From contig CBDAOY010000007.1 in the NCBI GenBank assembly GCA_965198225.1, positions 862,045 through 926,044 on the forward strand: 64,000 bases of DNA, in the 5' to 3' direction. The notes beneath the pieces were generated by a model. That model was not told where the DNA came from, did no database searches, and was given only the letters and a program-made list of their open reading frames with translations. The DNA is from Terriglobia bacterium (GTDB lineage: Bacteria; Acidobacteriota; Terriglobia; 20CM-2-55-15). Positions 9,666-19,348 of the stretch are shown one piece after another. The first letter of the stretch is position 1. Each line of letters begins with the position of its first letter. Made by a program: the position numbers and the translations under genes.

Positions 9666-9989
9666 TCCCCGGTCCTGTCTCAAGAGGAATGGCTGACCCG
9701 TTGTTGGTGACCGAACGACTGTGTCGAGCCGTAACGGATTGAAAGCGTAGATCAGCCGGAGTGGAGTTCTGATCAACGGGATCATGACCTGAAGCTCCGC
9801 TCCGGTACTGGCCCGTAAGCCCGAGTTGGTTCCGGGCAAGTAGCGAACACTTTCTTTTCGTAGGGTGCCGTCCGGCTGGGGGAAATGACGTCTCAACTGG
9901 CTTTTCCGCATCACCCAGGAATTACCAACATCGAGGAAGGGAGCGAGAGTGAGGATGTCTCCCGCCAGGGGGATAAGGATGCCGACCAC
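9654..9989 (-). pseudogene. C-terminal remnant of an Omp85/BamA-family outer-membrane protein
   Basis: The 111-aa ORF ends ..GLRASTGAELQVMIPLIRTPLRLIYAFNPLRLD..GGFW, matching the last beta-strands of Omp85-family barrels. There is no upstream POTRA or barrel region. The fragment abuts the MITE-A element. Confidence 0.4.
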
Positions 9990-10060
9990 GGGGTTCTAAT
10001 TCCTGCTTCTCCCGTAATTAGTGTAAAGTCATCTAGTACCTCGAAAAGGAGTTCCCAGGA

Positions 10061-11566
10061 TTGAGCCCGTCTAACCTATTGGTCCGATTGAGCCGGCTGG
10101 AACTCGATCTTGTGGTCGAGGCGCTGGCTGCATTCCCCGTCTCAGATCCCGAGCGGGCCCATCCATTCGTGCGAGCGTTCCGAACATTCAGAGGCGCGGA
10201 GACCGGCCAGCCTTTCGAGGCTACGGTCGAAAACCTCGAAGCCGCCCTGCAGGCGCTGGTCTCTCACATGGACCAGGTAACCGCCGAACGGCGGGACGCA
10301 GGCGAAGAGGTGGCGGCCAAGATCGCCAGTACTCTATTGGCTCGAACGAAGGTTCAGGCTGAGCCTGAGACGAGCGAGGTATTCATCAACCGGCATCCGA
10401 TCTATCAGCCGACGGTCCAGCTCTTCGCATACGAACTGCTTGCCCAGGAAGAAACACGAAATGGTAGGGACTCCGACAGTCCCGTCGTCAGCCAGACGAT
10501 CCTCGACAGGTTCACCGAGCCGGGACTGGATCCGCTTGTCGGCACTAAGCCAGCGTTCATCAGTGTGCCCCGGCGCGCCATTGTGACTGGCCAATGTGAG
10601 GCCTTACCCAAGGAGCGGATTGTCCTGGAGGTCCTCGACGGAGTGAATCCGGACAAGGATCTTTTCCAAGCGCTGGCAAGGCTCTCGCAGGATGGCTTTC
10701 GGGTGGCGATAGCGGATTCGCTGATTCGCTCGAGCGATTATCCACTCATCTCAATTGCGGACTTCGTCAGGCTCGATCTGAGCGCTCTGGGAAGGCCCGC
10801 CGTTGAAGCCCGAATGGAAGCGCTCCAAGGTGGGCATACCAAGTTCGTGGCCGAGGGCGTGGAAACCCATGAGGACTATGAGTTCGCTCGAGATCTGGAA
10901 TTCGACTACGTTCAAGGTTACTTCTTCTGCAAGCCCCATGTCACAGGCGCAGACTTTCCGGCAAACCGTTTGGCCACGATGGAGTTGCTCGTCCGACTAC
11001 AAGATCCGGCGGTGACCATCCGCGAACTGGACGAGCTGATCAACCAGGACCTGGCTTTAGCTTACAAGTTGCTCCGGTACGCGAACTCAGCCTATGTGGG
11101 TTTGCCCCGGGAGGTGGAATCGGTGAGTCATGCCGTGAGCATGGTGGGGGTGGATCGGATTCGGATCTGGGCTACTTTGTTGATGTTCTCCAAGATGGAC
11201 GACAAGCCCCGGGAGTTGATGATCACGGCCGTGGTTCGCGCCAGGATGTGTGAATCCCTCGCGGAAGCTTCAAGTCAGGATCAAAAGGCCACGTTCTTTA
11301 CCGTGGGTCTGTTTTCTGTTCTGGATGCTGTCCTGGACTGCCCGATGGCCCAGGCGCTGGAACTGCTGCCGATTTCGCAGGGGATCCGCGACGCCCTGTT
11401 GGATCGGAAAGGCAGGATGGGCGAAGCTCTGAAATGCGTTTTGGCCTACGAGCGGGGTGGCTGGCAGGACGTCGGGTTCGGCAATCTCAGTTCGGGGCAG
11501 ATTCGAGATTGTTACCTCGACACGCTCGGCTGGACGAAAACGCAGACCGAGGGGCTGAGTATCTGA
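10061..11566 (+). CDS. EAL + HDOD domain protein (c-di-GMP-related signalling)
   Basis: 501 aa. The central region carries EAL-type motifs and ends in QGYFFCKP. The C-terminus is an HDOD domain (LLVRLQDPAVTIRELDELINQDLALAYKLLRYANSA..). Confidence 0.75.
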   Translation: MSPSNLLVRLSRLELDLVVEALAAFPVSDPERAHPFVRAFRTFRGAETGQPFEATVENLEAALQALVSHMDQVTAERRDAGEEVAAKIASTLLARTKVQAEPETSEVFINRHPIYQPTVQLFAYELLAQEETRNGRDSDSPVVSQTILDRFTEPGLDPLVGTKPAFISVPRRAIVTGQCEALPKERIVLEVLDGVNPDKDLFQALARLSQDGFRVAIADSLIRSSDYPLISIADFVRLDLSALGRPAVEARMEALQGGHTKFVAEGVETHEDYEFARDLEFDYVQGYFFCKPHVTGADFPANRLATMELLVRLQDPAVTIRELDELINQDLALAYKLLRYANSAYVGLPREVESVSHAVSMVGVDRIRIWATLLMFSKMDDKPRELMITAVVRARMCESLAEASSQDQKATFFTVGLFSVLDAVLDCPMAQALELLPISQGIRDALLDRKGRMGEALKCVLAYERGGWQDVGFGNLSSGQIRDCYLDTLGWTKTQTEGLSI

Positions 11567-11573
11567 AGAGGCG

Positions 11574-12164
11574 CTAATGGAGACTAGCTCGTTCCAGTTT
11601 CCCCAGCAGCCCATCCAGACAGTCCACCCCATTGCAGTGAATCATGAAGCCGTAGCGGCTGTAAGCGTCGGACTGCCGGATGATCATGTACGACCCGCCG
11701 CCGAGCAGGGAGTCCAGTGCGGCATCGACCGCAGGCCGCAGGAGCCGGTCGGTGGCGGAGTCGTTCGGCAGTTCCACGCGGTCGTTGAACGACAGTTCCC
11801 AGAACCCGGCGCGAGGTTTGAAAGACTCGGGGTACTCGCGTTCCGCCATCAGACGCCGCGCAAGCGCCATTCCCCGGCGGAACGTCTCGAGGACCCGATC
11901 CTCGATGCTGCCGTCCAGCTCCTTCTTGTTGTTCCACAGAATACCCGGGCCGGGTTCGGCCAGGTCGAGCGAAAGACTTCCCTGCCGGCCCACCAGCACG
12001 ATTCCAGGACCCTTTGCGACATGGGCGTAGTCGGCGAGATCGACCCAACCGGCCCGGTGCGATTCTTCGTGACGCCAGCGTCCGAAGATTGAGAGGAAGG
12101 GATCCAGGTTGACCGCAGCGGGGGCATCGGTGAACAGCTTGACGGTGATCTTTTGAATGTCCAT
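11574..12164 (-). CDS. Hypothetical protein, translationally coupled downstream of the sulfite reductase
   Basis: 196-aa ORF. Its start overlaps the stop of the upstream reductase reading frame (ATGA-type overlap at 12164-12167). No confident domain call. Confidence 0.45.
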   Translation of the reverse strand: MDIQKITVKLFTDAPAAVNLDPFLSIFGRWRHEESHRAGWVDLADYAHVAKGPGIVLVGRQGSLSLDLAEPGPGILWNNKKELDGSIEDRVLETFRRGMALARRLMAEREYPESFKPRAGFWELSFNDRVELPNDSATDRLLRPAVDAALDSLLGGGSYMIIRQSDAYSRYGFMIHCNGVDCLDGLLGKLERASLH

Positions 12165-12166
12165 TC

Positions 12167-13857
12167 CTAGGCGGTGCTGTAGACCGATTGCGCCATCTCG
12201 ACGAACAGCACAGCTTCCTGTACGCGGCGACGCGATTCCTCGCTCGAAACGCCGTTTCCGTCACCGGCGGCGGCCCGGAAGAAGTTCTCGGCGAACGCGA
12301 CGTGGAAATCGCCGGTGTCGTAGAAGCGTTTCCGGAATTCGCCGACGGTGTCGTAGTTGTCCGACAGCAATAGTCCGCGGGTCGAGAGTAGACCGTCGGC
12401 CGCGGCTTTGACCGCCTTGAACGCCTGTTGGGCGGCGTCATTCCAGCGGCCCTCATCCAGAGCGTGTGTCGCGTCGAATGTCAGTCGATCGGCTTCCTCC
12501 AGCATGAATTCGGCCTGATCGACCATTCCTCCGGCGCACTCGCCGACGCCCGTGTCGTGGCGGTACTGCCAACCCTGTCGGTTGTCCCTGTAGTATTCCG
12601 GTGCTTCCGCGCAGAGCGGCAGTTCGGCGAACTCGGCGAGTTCTTCCTTCAGGCGTGGTTTTCCGAGTCGGCGGACGAAGTCCGAGAAACTTTCCTCATC
12701 TCCTCGTTCTTCGTTATAAATCGACGTCAGTTTCCGGACGACTTCCGGGGCGTTTCGGGCAGGCACCTTGCCCGTGACCAATCCGAAAGAGGAGCCGTTG
12801 TTGCCGGTGCTTCCGCCGAGCACGACCTGGAAGACCGGGGCAGTGTCGGACTTCTTCCGCTGGACGGAACCCAGGAAGCCGATATCGGCGATGTGATGGT
12901 GGCCGCAGGCGTTGAAGCAGCCGCTGACCTTGACGTTGATGTCTTCGCGGTCTGCGATCGTGCCCATGCCGTTGGCGAACTTCGCTTTGAGCTCCGCGGC
13001 GAGTCCCCGCGAGGACGAAGAGGTTGTTCGTCGTAGTGGGCGGCGTCCTGGAGTTCGCTCTCCCATCGGGGGTCTGGAGGGAGTTTGCGGCGCTCTTGGT
13101 CGACGATCCGCCGGAACTCCTCGTTTCCGAGTTTATCGATCAGGAACTTCATGCGAGCGCGGGATCGATTCTTTTTCTCGCCCAAGCGGGTAAAGACGCG
13201 GGCGATAGCCTGCGCGAGGGGCAACATTTCATCAGCGGGGATAAACTCGCTGTAGAGCTTTGCCTGCTGGGGAATTGCTCCGAGCCCGCCGCCAACGTAC
13301 ACCTTGAAACCCTCGATCCTTCGCCCGTCAGCTTCCTGTACGACGGCAATGGCCCCAATGTCGTGGATCATCGCGAGACCGCACGGTTTGTCATCGCAGC
13401 CCGAGAAGGCAATCTTGAATTTGCGTCCGAGGTTCTGCGCGTCGGGGCGGCGCAGCAGAAAGTGGGACATCGCCAGCGCATGGGGGGTGACATCAAAACC
13501 CTGCGACGAGCAGAGACCGGCATCGGCGCATCCGGTGACGTTGCGAACCACGTTGCCGCAGGCTTCACGGGTCGTGATCCCCACTTCGGCCAGCCGGCGC
13601 ATGATGTCGGGGGTTTCTTCGAGCTCAACGAAGTGGAACTGGACGTCCTGACGCGTGGTGATGTGGCTGATGCCGTCTGCGTACTCCTCGGACAGATCCG
13701 CCAGGCAGATCATTTGTTCCGTGGTCAGGATGCCGAGCGGAATCTTGATTCGCAACATCTGGACGCCGCTCTGGCGCTGCCCGTAAACCCCGTGCCGCAG
13801 GCGGGTCTCGAGGAAGACTTTCGCTAAAGTATTTCGAATAAAAGGCTGATCGAGTCA
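12167..13857 (-). pseudogene. Ferredoxin-dependent sulfite/nitrite reductase (NirA/Sir family), apparently frameshifted
   Basis: Two overlapping ORFs in different frames cover this span. ORF 12727-13758 contains the first half (RIKIPLG..TTRQDVQFHF..) and ORF 12167-13066 the second half (VSGCFNACGHHHIADIGFLG). The frames differ by 1 nt and switch somewhere between about 12990 and 13050. The conserved N-terminal motif (FLETRLRHGVYGQRQ) lies upstream of the first ATG, in frame, with no canonical start before the next stop. The feature end (13857) is the in-frame upstream stop; no canonical start codon was found. Confidence 0.7.
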
Positions 13858-14024
13858 GGCGCCATTCCTGGGCCTCGGTGCGGGGGAGTGATCGCCGGCC
13901 GCATGGCCTTGTTGACCAATTGAGTCATGATGACTTGGCGGACGCGTTGGCTTCCTGGCAACCGTCGCACTGACGCTTGCGCCTTGAGGCGTGAAATGGT
14001 AAGAGGACGACTGGCGGAATCGCG

Positions 14025-14450
14025 ATGATTCAAACGACCGAAATCGAACTTGAGAGCGAAGGTCACTGCGACGTGCACGACATCACTGCCGAATTGAACG
14101 CCGAAGTGGCGAAGAGCGGCATCGACGAGGGCCAGGCGCTGGTCTTCGTTTCCGGCTCAACCGCCGGCGTCACGACCGTCGAGTTCGAACCCGGTCTCGT
14201 CCGGGACATCAAAGAGTTCTTCGAGAAGCTGATACCCGAGGGGCCCGACTACCACCATCACGCGACTTGGGGAGACGACAACGGCTCGAGTCATGTCCGC
14301 GCGGCCATTCTGAAGCCCTCGCTGACGATTCCTTTCCGCCAGGGACGGCTCCTGCTGGGGACCTGGCAGCAGGTCGTCCTGGTCGACTTCGACACCCGGC
14401 CGCGTCGACGGAGTGTCGTCGTTCAGGTCACAGGTGAGACTCGGGAGTAG
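14025..14450 (+). CDS. YjbQ/UPF0047-family protein (secondary thiamine-phosphate synthase-like)
   Basis: 141 aa with the characteristic family motifs: the HHATWGDDNGSSHVRAAILKPSLTIP and RLLLGTWQQVVLVDFDTRPRRR stretches. Confidence 0.75.
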   Translation: MIQTTEIELESEGHCDVHDITAELNAEVAKSGIDEGQALVFVSGSTAGVTTVEFEPGLVRDIKEFFEKLIPEGPDYHHHATWGDDNGSSHVRAAILKPSLTIPFRQGRLLLGTWQQVVLVDFDTRPRRRSVVVQVTGETRE

Positions 14451-14512
14451 GTTTCTAGGGGTTCCCCCGACTTCAGACCTCGGACCCTGGACCTCGTGCT
14501 TTCCCGAATCCA

Positions 14513-15424
14513 CTACCGTCCCGCTGCCCGCCGGCCGACGTCGAGTGCTTCACCGGCCGCGATGATCACCCGAAAGCCCTCTTCAATCCGCCTCCCGACG
14601 TCTACGGGTCCCGCCGTGATGGCGCAGACGACGTCGAACTCCTTGCAGGCGGCCAGGACTGTCTGCACATCCTGCTCCACCGCTTCCATGTCGCCATTGT
14701 GGTACGAACCCAGGTCGCCGGGCGCAGGCGAGAGGATGCTCAAGCCGGGAACCCTGGCGATCTCCCTGGCGTTATCGACGCCGGGCCCGTTCTCGATCAG
14801 GAGCCAGCTGATCAGGTTGCCGTCGGGATCCAGAGGCCAGACGTCGGCCTTCCGTTGGTACTCCGGCACTGGCAGCCCCCAGAAGCGGGCGGCGTTGCCC
14901 GGTGCCGCCCCGCGGAATCCTTCCGGCTCGAAATCGTCGTCGCTCCTTCGGTGGGGATAGCGCATCGCTCGGACGATGTTGAGCGCCTGAGCCGCGTTCT
15001 CGATATGGGGCACGACGATGCCGTACGCGCCCTGGTCGAGGATGTTCTTGACCATCCATTGGTTCATCTCGCGCCCATATGCCGGAATCCGGACGAGGAT
15101 AGGGTGGTCGCTACCGGGGCTTCCGCGTCTCAACGTTGCTGCGGGGCTCTGCAGGAACTGCATGAAGACCCGCATCTGGGACACGTCGAATACGCTGTGT
15201 TCGAGATCGTAGAAGACGAAGTCGAGCCTCGGGTCGGCCGAGAGCTGGATGGCTCCATCCGGGGTGGTGTTCCCGACGAAGGTGCCGAATACAGTCTGGC
15301 CGGTGTCGAGCAGTTCGACCATTTTGTTCGTGTAGCTCTTGCCCTGTCCGCGGACGATCGGCGACACTGAAAGTGTTCCCGACAGAACAGCGGCAAGCAG
15401 GCCGAAGTAGAGTTTCGTTTGCAT
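14513..15424 (-). CDS. HpcH/HpaI aldolase-family protein, secreted
   Basis: Aldolase-family motifs (LDTGQTVFGTF, DFVFYDLEHS, GIVVPHIENA). The likely start is the internal Met before signal peptide MQTKLYFGLLAAVLSG, placing the start codon at 15422-15424. Confidence 0.65.
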   Translation of the reverse strand: MQTKLYFGLLAAVLSGTLSVSPIVRGQGKSYTNKMVELLDTGQTVFGTFVGNTTPDGAIQLSADPRLDFVFYDLEHSVFDVSQMRVFMQFLQSPAATLRRGSPGSDHPILVRIPAYGREMNQWMVKNILDQGAYGIVVPHIENAAQALNIVRAMRYPHRRSDDDFEPEGFRGAAPGNAARFWGLPVPEYQRKADVWPLDPDGNLISWLLIENGPGVDNAREIARVPGLSILSPAPGDLGSYHNGDMEAVEQDVQTVLAACKEFDVVCAITAGPVDVGRRIEEGFRVIIAAGEALDVGRRAAGR

Positions 15425-15477
15425 GCGCCCTCCTTTCGATGGAGGCATTCTACCCGCTTGGTGCGGAGGCGATCCTC

Positions 15478-16242
15478 ATGATTGCAACGACGCCCCGACA
15501 GGGCATTCTCGCCAGCGTTCTCCTGACCATCGGCCTCGCCGCGTGCGCCAACGACCAGATCACCGAGGCCGAACCGTCCGTTGCCCGCCAGATCGATTTC
15601 GAAGCGTTACGGGCCAGGATGGTCGAGCGACAGATCGAGTCTCGGGGGATTCGGAACCCGCGGGTCCTGGACGCGATGGCCCGTGTCCCGCGCCACGAAT
15701 TCGTCCCCAATCGCTACCGCGCCTATGCCTACGACGACAACCCGCTGCCTATCGGTCTCGAGCAAACCATCTCCCAACCCTACATCGTCGCCTTGATGAC
15801 CGAATTGGTGGACCCGCAGCCCGAGGACCGGATACTGGAGGTCGGAACGGGATCCGGCTACCAGGCGGCCGTCGCTGCCGAGGTGGTCGACCACGTCTAC
15901 AGTATCGAGATCATTCCGGAGCTCGCAGAGTCGGCCGCCGTCCGGCTGCAGCGTCTGGGAATCTCGAACGTTTCCGTCCGTGAGGGCGATGGGTATCTGG
16001 GATGGCCCGAGGAGGGCCCGTTCGACGGAATTCTCGTGACTGCTGGAGCCCGGGACGTACCCCAACCGCTTGTCGACCAGCTTGTCGAAGGCGGCCGTAT
16101 GATCATCCCGGTCGGGGAAACGCTCACCAGCCAGGTGCTCAAGGTGATCGAGAAGCTCGAAGGCGGCCGAACGGAGGTTCGAGACGTCGTTCCCGTCCGG
16201 TTCGTGCCTTTGACGCGAAGGCCGCGGGGGGGAGGGCCCTAG
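15478..16242 (+). CDS. pcm: Protein-L-isoaspartate O-methyltransferase, lipoprotein form
   Basis: Carries the PIMT hallmark motifs: DAMARVPRHEFVP, ISQPYIVALM, the EVGTGSGYQAA SAM-binding region and GRMIIPVG. Start is taken at the internal ATG (15478) preceding the lipoprotein signal MIATT..LTIGLAAC. The longer 15373 start is less likely. Confidence 0.85.
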   Translation: MIATTPRQGILASVLLTIGLAACANDQITEAEPSVARQIDFEALRARMVERQIESRGIRNPRVLDAMARVPRHEFVPNRYRAYAYDDNPLPIGLEQTISQPYIVALMTELVDPQPEDRILEVGTGSGYQAAVAAEVVDHVYSIEIIPELAESAAVRLQRLGISNVSVREGDGYLGWPEEGPFDGILVTAGARDVPQPLVDQLVEGGRMIIPVGETLTSQVLKVIEKLEGGRTEVRDVVPVRFVPLTRRPRGGGP

Positions 16243-16248
16243 CAGCCA

Positions 16249-16501
16249 GTGGCAGAAGTCTGATGGTTCGCGCGCACGGGTCTTCGGAGGCGGAGACGAG
16301 GCGCGAGGAGGAATTGATGCTGTTTCATCATGACGACGAGCAACAAGGTATCCGACCGCAACCCCCGTGCGCCCGGAGGGTTACGGTGGCGTCACACACG
16401 GGCGTTGCTGCCGGGCATTTCTCCGGACACGCTGAACGGTCGTTTGGCGCCTAGCATCTGGCGCAACGCCGCCGTAACGCGAGCCATCAGACTTCTGCCA
16501 C
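16249..16501. repeat. Inverted-repeat element, family C (18-bp perfect terminal inverted repeat flanking ~217 bp)
   Basis: GTGGCAGAAGTCTGATGG at 16249-16266 and its exact reverse complement at 16484-16501. The element begins immediately after the pcm stop codon. Confidence 0.5.
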
Positions 16502-16782
16502 GGGCTTCACCCCCTCACAAATGCTGGACTCTCGCGGCGGTATCAATAGAATGAGCCCATGAGTTCCACAACCGGCCAAGAGTATTCGTCCGGCTTCCTG
16601 GGGCACAGCCTGATTGCGTGGCAGGAGGGCGGAGAATGGCGGGCCCGCATCGAAGGCGAAAAGGCGCTGGAAGTCCACGACCTGTTCGGGTCGCTACATG
16701 AAGTGCAGACCGATCTGCACCTGCGCGCCCATTGTCATATCGACCACAAAGAGTGCGATTGTAAGCGCGGTTCCGGACCCGT

Positions 16783-17601
16783 TTGGAACGAAGGTTGATC
16801 TTTCGGTCCGGCATGTGGATCCGGACCGACGTCTTGGGTCGCTCGATCATTCGTTCGAAGTGTTTTCCGGCGTTGGTGTGTCTCCTGCTGCTGGCTCTGC
16901 CCTCCGGTTGTCTCTTCGTCCGCGGACAGCGTTACCAGCATTTCACCACACCGACTCCTGTCGCGGCCGACGAGTTTCTCGTCGTCGGCTTTCTCGGCGG
17001 GCGCGATTCCTGGGACAACACCGAGGTCGGTGTGGGGCGGCTGGCCCTCCGGCTTCGCGACTCCGGTATCGACCGGCTGCATGTCGAAACCGTCGAAAAC
17101 AAGAAGCGGAACCTTGCGGTCGAACTCGTCCGGAACGCGTTCGACAGGAACAGCGACGGGCACATCGATGGTCCCGAGCAATCGTCGATCGGGTTGATCG
17201 TCTACGGGCAGAGCTTCGGCGGCGCGGCGGTCGTGAAGTTTGCCCGTCAGATGGAAGATCTGGACATCCCTATCCTGCTGACGGTCCAGGTCGACAGCGT
17301 CGGGATCGGTGACGGCGTTATTCCCTCGAACGTCCGGTCGGCCGCCAACCTGTTCCAACGCGACGGCCTGATCATCCGAGGCGAGCCGGAGATCCGCGCC
17401 GAGGATCCCGCTCGGACTCGCATAATCGGGAACTTCCGGTTCAGCTACAAGAACAGACAGGTCGATCTGACCGGTCTGTCATGGTTCAAGAAAATCGGCC
17501 GGGTGGCCCACGCGAAGATGGATCGGGATCCGGAGGTATGGAATCAGGTCGAACGGCTGATCCGTGACGCAGTGGAGGGCGCACGAGGACACGCCTCTTA
17601 G
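16783..17601 (+). CDS. Lipoprotein with alpha/beta-hydrolase-like GxSxG motif
   Basis: Lipobox LLALPSGC is followed by a GQSFGG nucleophile-elbow-like motif. The true start is probably at the internal Met (about 16813). Confidence 0.45.
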   Translation: MERRLIFRSGMWIRTDVLGRSIIRSKCFPALVCLLLLALPSGCLFVRGQRYQHFTTPTPVAADEFLVVGFLGGRDSWDNTEVGVGRLALRLRDSGIDRLHVETVENKKRNLAVELVRNAFDRNSDGHIDGPEQSSIGLIVYGQSFGGAAVVKFARQMEDLDIPILLTVQVDSVGIGDGVIPSNVRSAANLFQRDGLIIRGEPEIRAEDPARTRIIGNFRFSYKNRQVDLTGLSWFKKIGRVAHAKMDRDPEVWNQVERLIRDAVEGARGHAS

Positions 17602-17815
17602 ACGCTTGATCCTTGAGCCTGAGGATTCTGCTCTCACTTCGTCGGGCTCAGGTACGGGAATTCGGGGACGAGGAATTCGGGGACGGAGACCGGATTAAAT
17701 CGACTATTAAACCGTTGGTTTGCGGATCCCAAGAGTTCGGTCTCCGTCCCCGATCTCTTTGTTGAGACGACTTTGGTCTCCGTCCCTGCACGTCCCCTCT
17801 GATTGTCTTGGACGA

Positions 17816-19039
17816 TCAGTTGAGAAGATCCAGGATCGCGCCGCTGACCCGCTGCCAGGCCTCGGTGCGGGGATCGATCAGCTCGAAGTGACCCGCTCGG
17901 TCGATGGGAAGGTATTGCGCGTCGTCTCCCTCGGCTTGAGCTCTCGCGGCGTAGCTCGCACTGAGCTCGGGTGGAACGATGTCGTCAAGAGTTCCGTGCA
18001 ACAGACGCTGTCGGACCTCCAGGGGGAGGTTTTCGATTGGCGATGCCAGCCGATACCGATCCGGGACTTCCTCGGGGGACCCACCCAGAAGATCTCCCAC
18101 GACTGAGTTGCTGAGCTGGAGATCCCAGGCGCGATGCAAGTCGGTGACGCCTGCCAGAGACGCGACGCCGCGGATTGGGAAACGGACCCGATCCGGCGTT
18201 CCCGACCGGACCAGCGAAAAGGCTGGCAGCCCCGAAGATCCAGGATCGCGCCGCTGACCCGCTGCCAGGCCTCGGTGCGGGGATCGATCAGCTCGAAGTG
18301 ACCCGCTCGGTCGATGGGAAGGTATTGCGCCGAGCTCTCGCGGCGTAGCTCGCACTGAGCTCGGGTGGAACGATGTCGTCAAGAGTTCCGTGCAACAGAC
18401 GCTGTCGGACCTCCAGGGGGAGGCGATTGGCGATGCCAGCCGATACCGATCCGGGACTTCCTCGGGGGACCCACCCAGAAGATCTCCCACGACTGAGGCT
18501 GAGCTGGAGATCCCAGGCGCGATGCAAGTCGGTGACGCCTGCCAGAGACGCGACGCCGCGGATTGGGAACGGGTCGCGACCGGACCCGATCCGGCGAGGT
18601 TCGCACGGCTAGCGAGCCACAGGGCGAGGTGCCCGCCAGCGGAATGGCCGACCGACACAACGCGTTCAGGGTCGATCGACTGCGAGAGTGAGAGCTCGCG
18701 GACGAAGTCGGCGCCCGCGGCAACATCCGCGAACGTACCCGGCCAGCCACCTCCGTCATCCCCGATTCGCCTGTACTCCAGGCTCCATGTTGCGACGCCG
18801 ACTTCCCCGAGCGCGGCGCACAAGTGGCCGATGTGATCCAGGTTGTATGCGGCCCTCCAGAAACCTCCGTGAATGACGACGGCGAGCGGATGGGGGCCCG
18901 CTCCGGCGGGCAGTCGCAACTCGCCGAACCGCAGTGGAGGATCCGAATAGGGAATTCGTTCGTCCGCATCGGGAGCCGGAAGCTGCAGGATGTCGCGCGA
19001 TCGCTGTGTCATGCCGCCGAAGCCCGACCCGGGTGGCAT
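17816..19039 (-). pseudogene. Alpha/beta-hydrolase (esterase-type: HGGFW oxyanion, GHSAGG nucleophile) disrupted by a degenerate tandem duplication of its 3' half
   Basis: The N-terminal 133 aa are clean. Two ~408-bp copies then follow. The copy at 18235-18640 has 4-, 2- and 17-nt indels relative to the intact distal copy at 17827-18234, which encodes the Asp/His part of the triad (LHGTLDDIVP, AGHFELI). Confidence 0.65.
17827..18640. repeat. Imperfect tandem duplication (2 x ~408 bp) inside the hydrolase gene
   Basis: The 95-bp stretch GATCCAGGATCGCGCCGCTGACCCGCTGCCAGGCC...GGTATTGCGC recurs at 17827 and 18235. The copies differ only by small indels. Confidence 0.8.
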
Positions 19040-19348
19040 GCGCCGGCGGCTTCCCGCGAACGTCGAGAGTCCGCACAGGCCGAGGAATTATCTCCTGCGC
19101 ATAATGACTGTTTATTCAATGGTATATATTGATTTATCTAAAGTGACCCGCTAAATATAGCCCGACTCTGGAAGAGGGTAGCAGGCGGCCGTGAGATGTT
19201 TCGAAAATGCCAACGGCCAGCCCGTGGGCCGGCCGTTGGTAGAAGACGTCGGTAGCAGCGTCCGTTTATGAAATGGTCGGGGCACGAGTCCCGACAGCCC
19301 TCCTAGCGACAGTCTTCCCCTGGATACTAGCGCTGCCCCGAACCCTTG

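Noticed and set aside
12157-12456. ORFs 12157..12411 (+) and 11584..12456 (-) overlapping the reductase and downstream gene
   Set aside because: Arg/Ser/Pro-rich off-frame translations of the sulfite-reductase locus.
15373-15477. Upstream extension of pcm from the ORF-track start
   Set aside because: The extension overlaps the divergent aldolase gene start region and lacks a signal-peptide-like sequence. The internal ATG directly precedes a lipoprotein signal and fits PIMT length. I also saw a 1-nt ambiguity between my reading of the printed sequence and the ORF track near 15411-15421 that I could not resolve.
17640-17700. Direct repeat GGGGACGAGGAATTCGGGGACGGAGACCGG downstream of the lipoprotein gene
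   Set aside because: Short, local tandem duplication of about 15 bp with no partner elsewhere in the window. Likely a slippage product or weak terminator context.
19085-19345. AT-rich stretch plus GTCGGGGCACGAGTCCCGAC hairpin between the hydrolase and amidohydrolase genes as a mobile-element end
   Set aside because: No inverted or direct repeat partner found. More simply read as a divergent promoter region and a weak terminator for the amidohydrolase gene.
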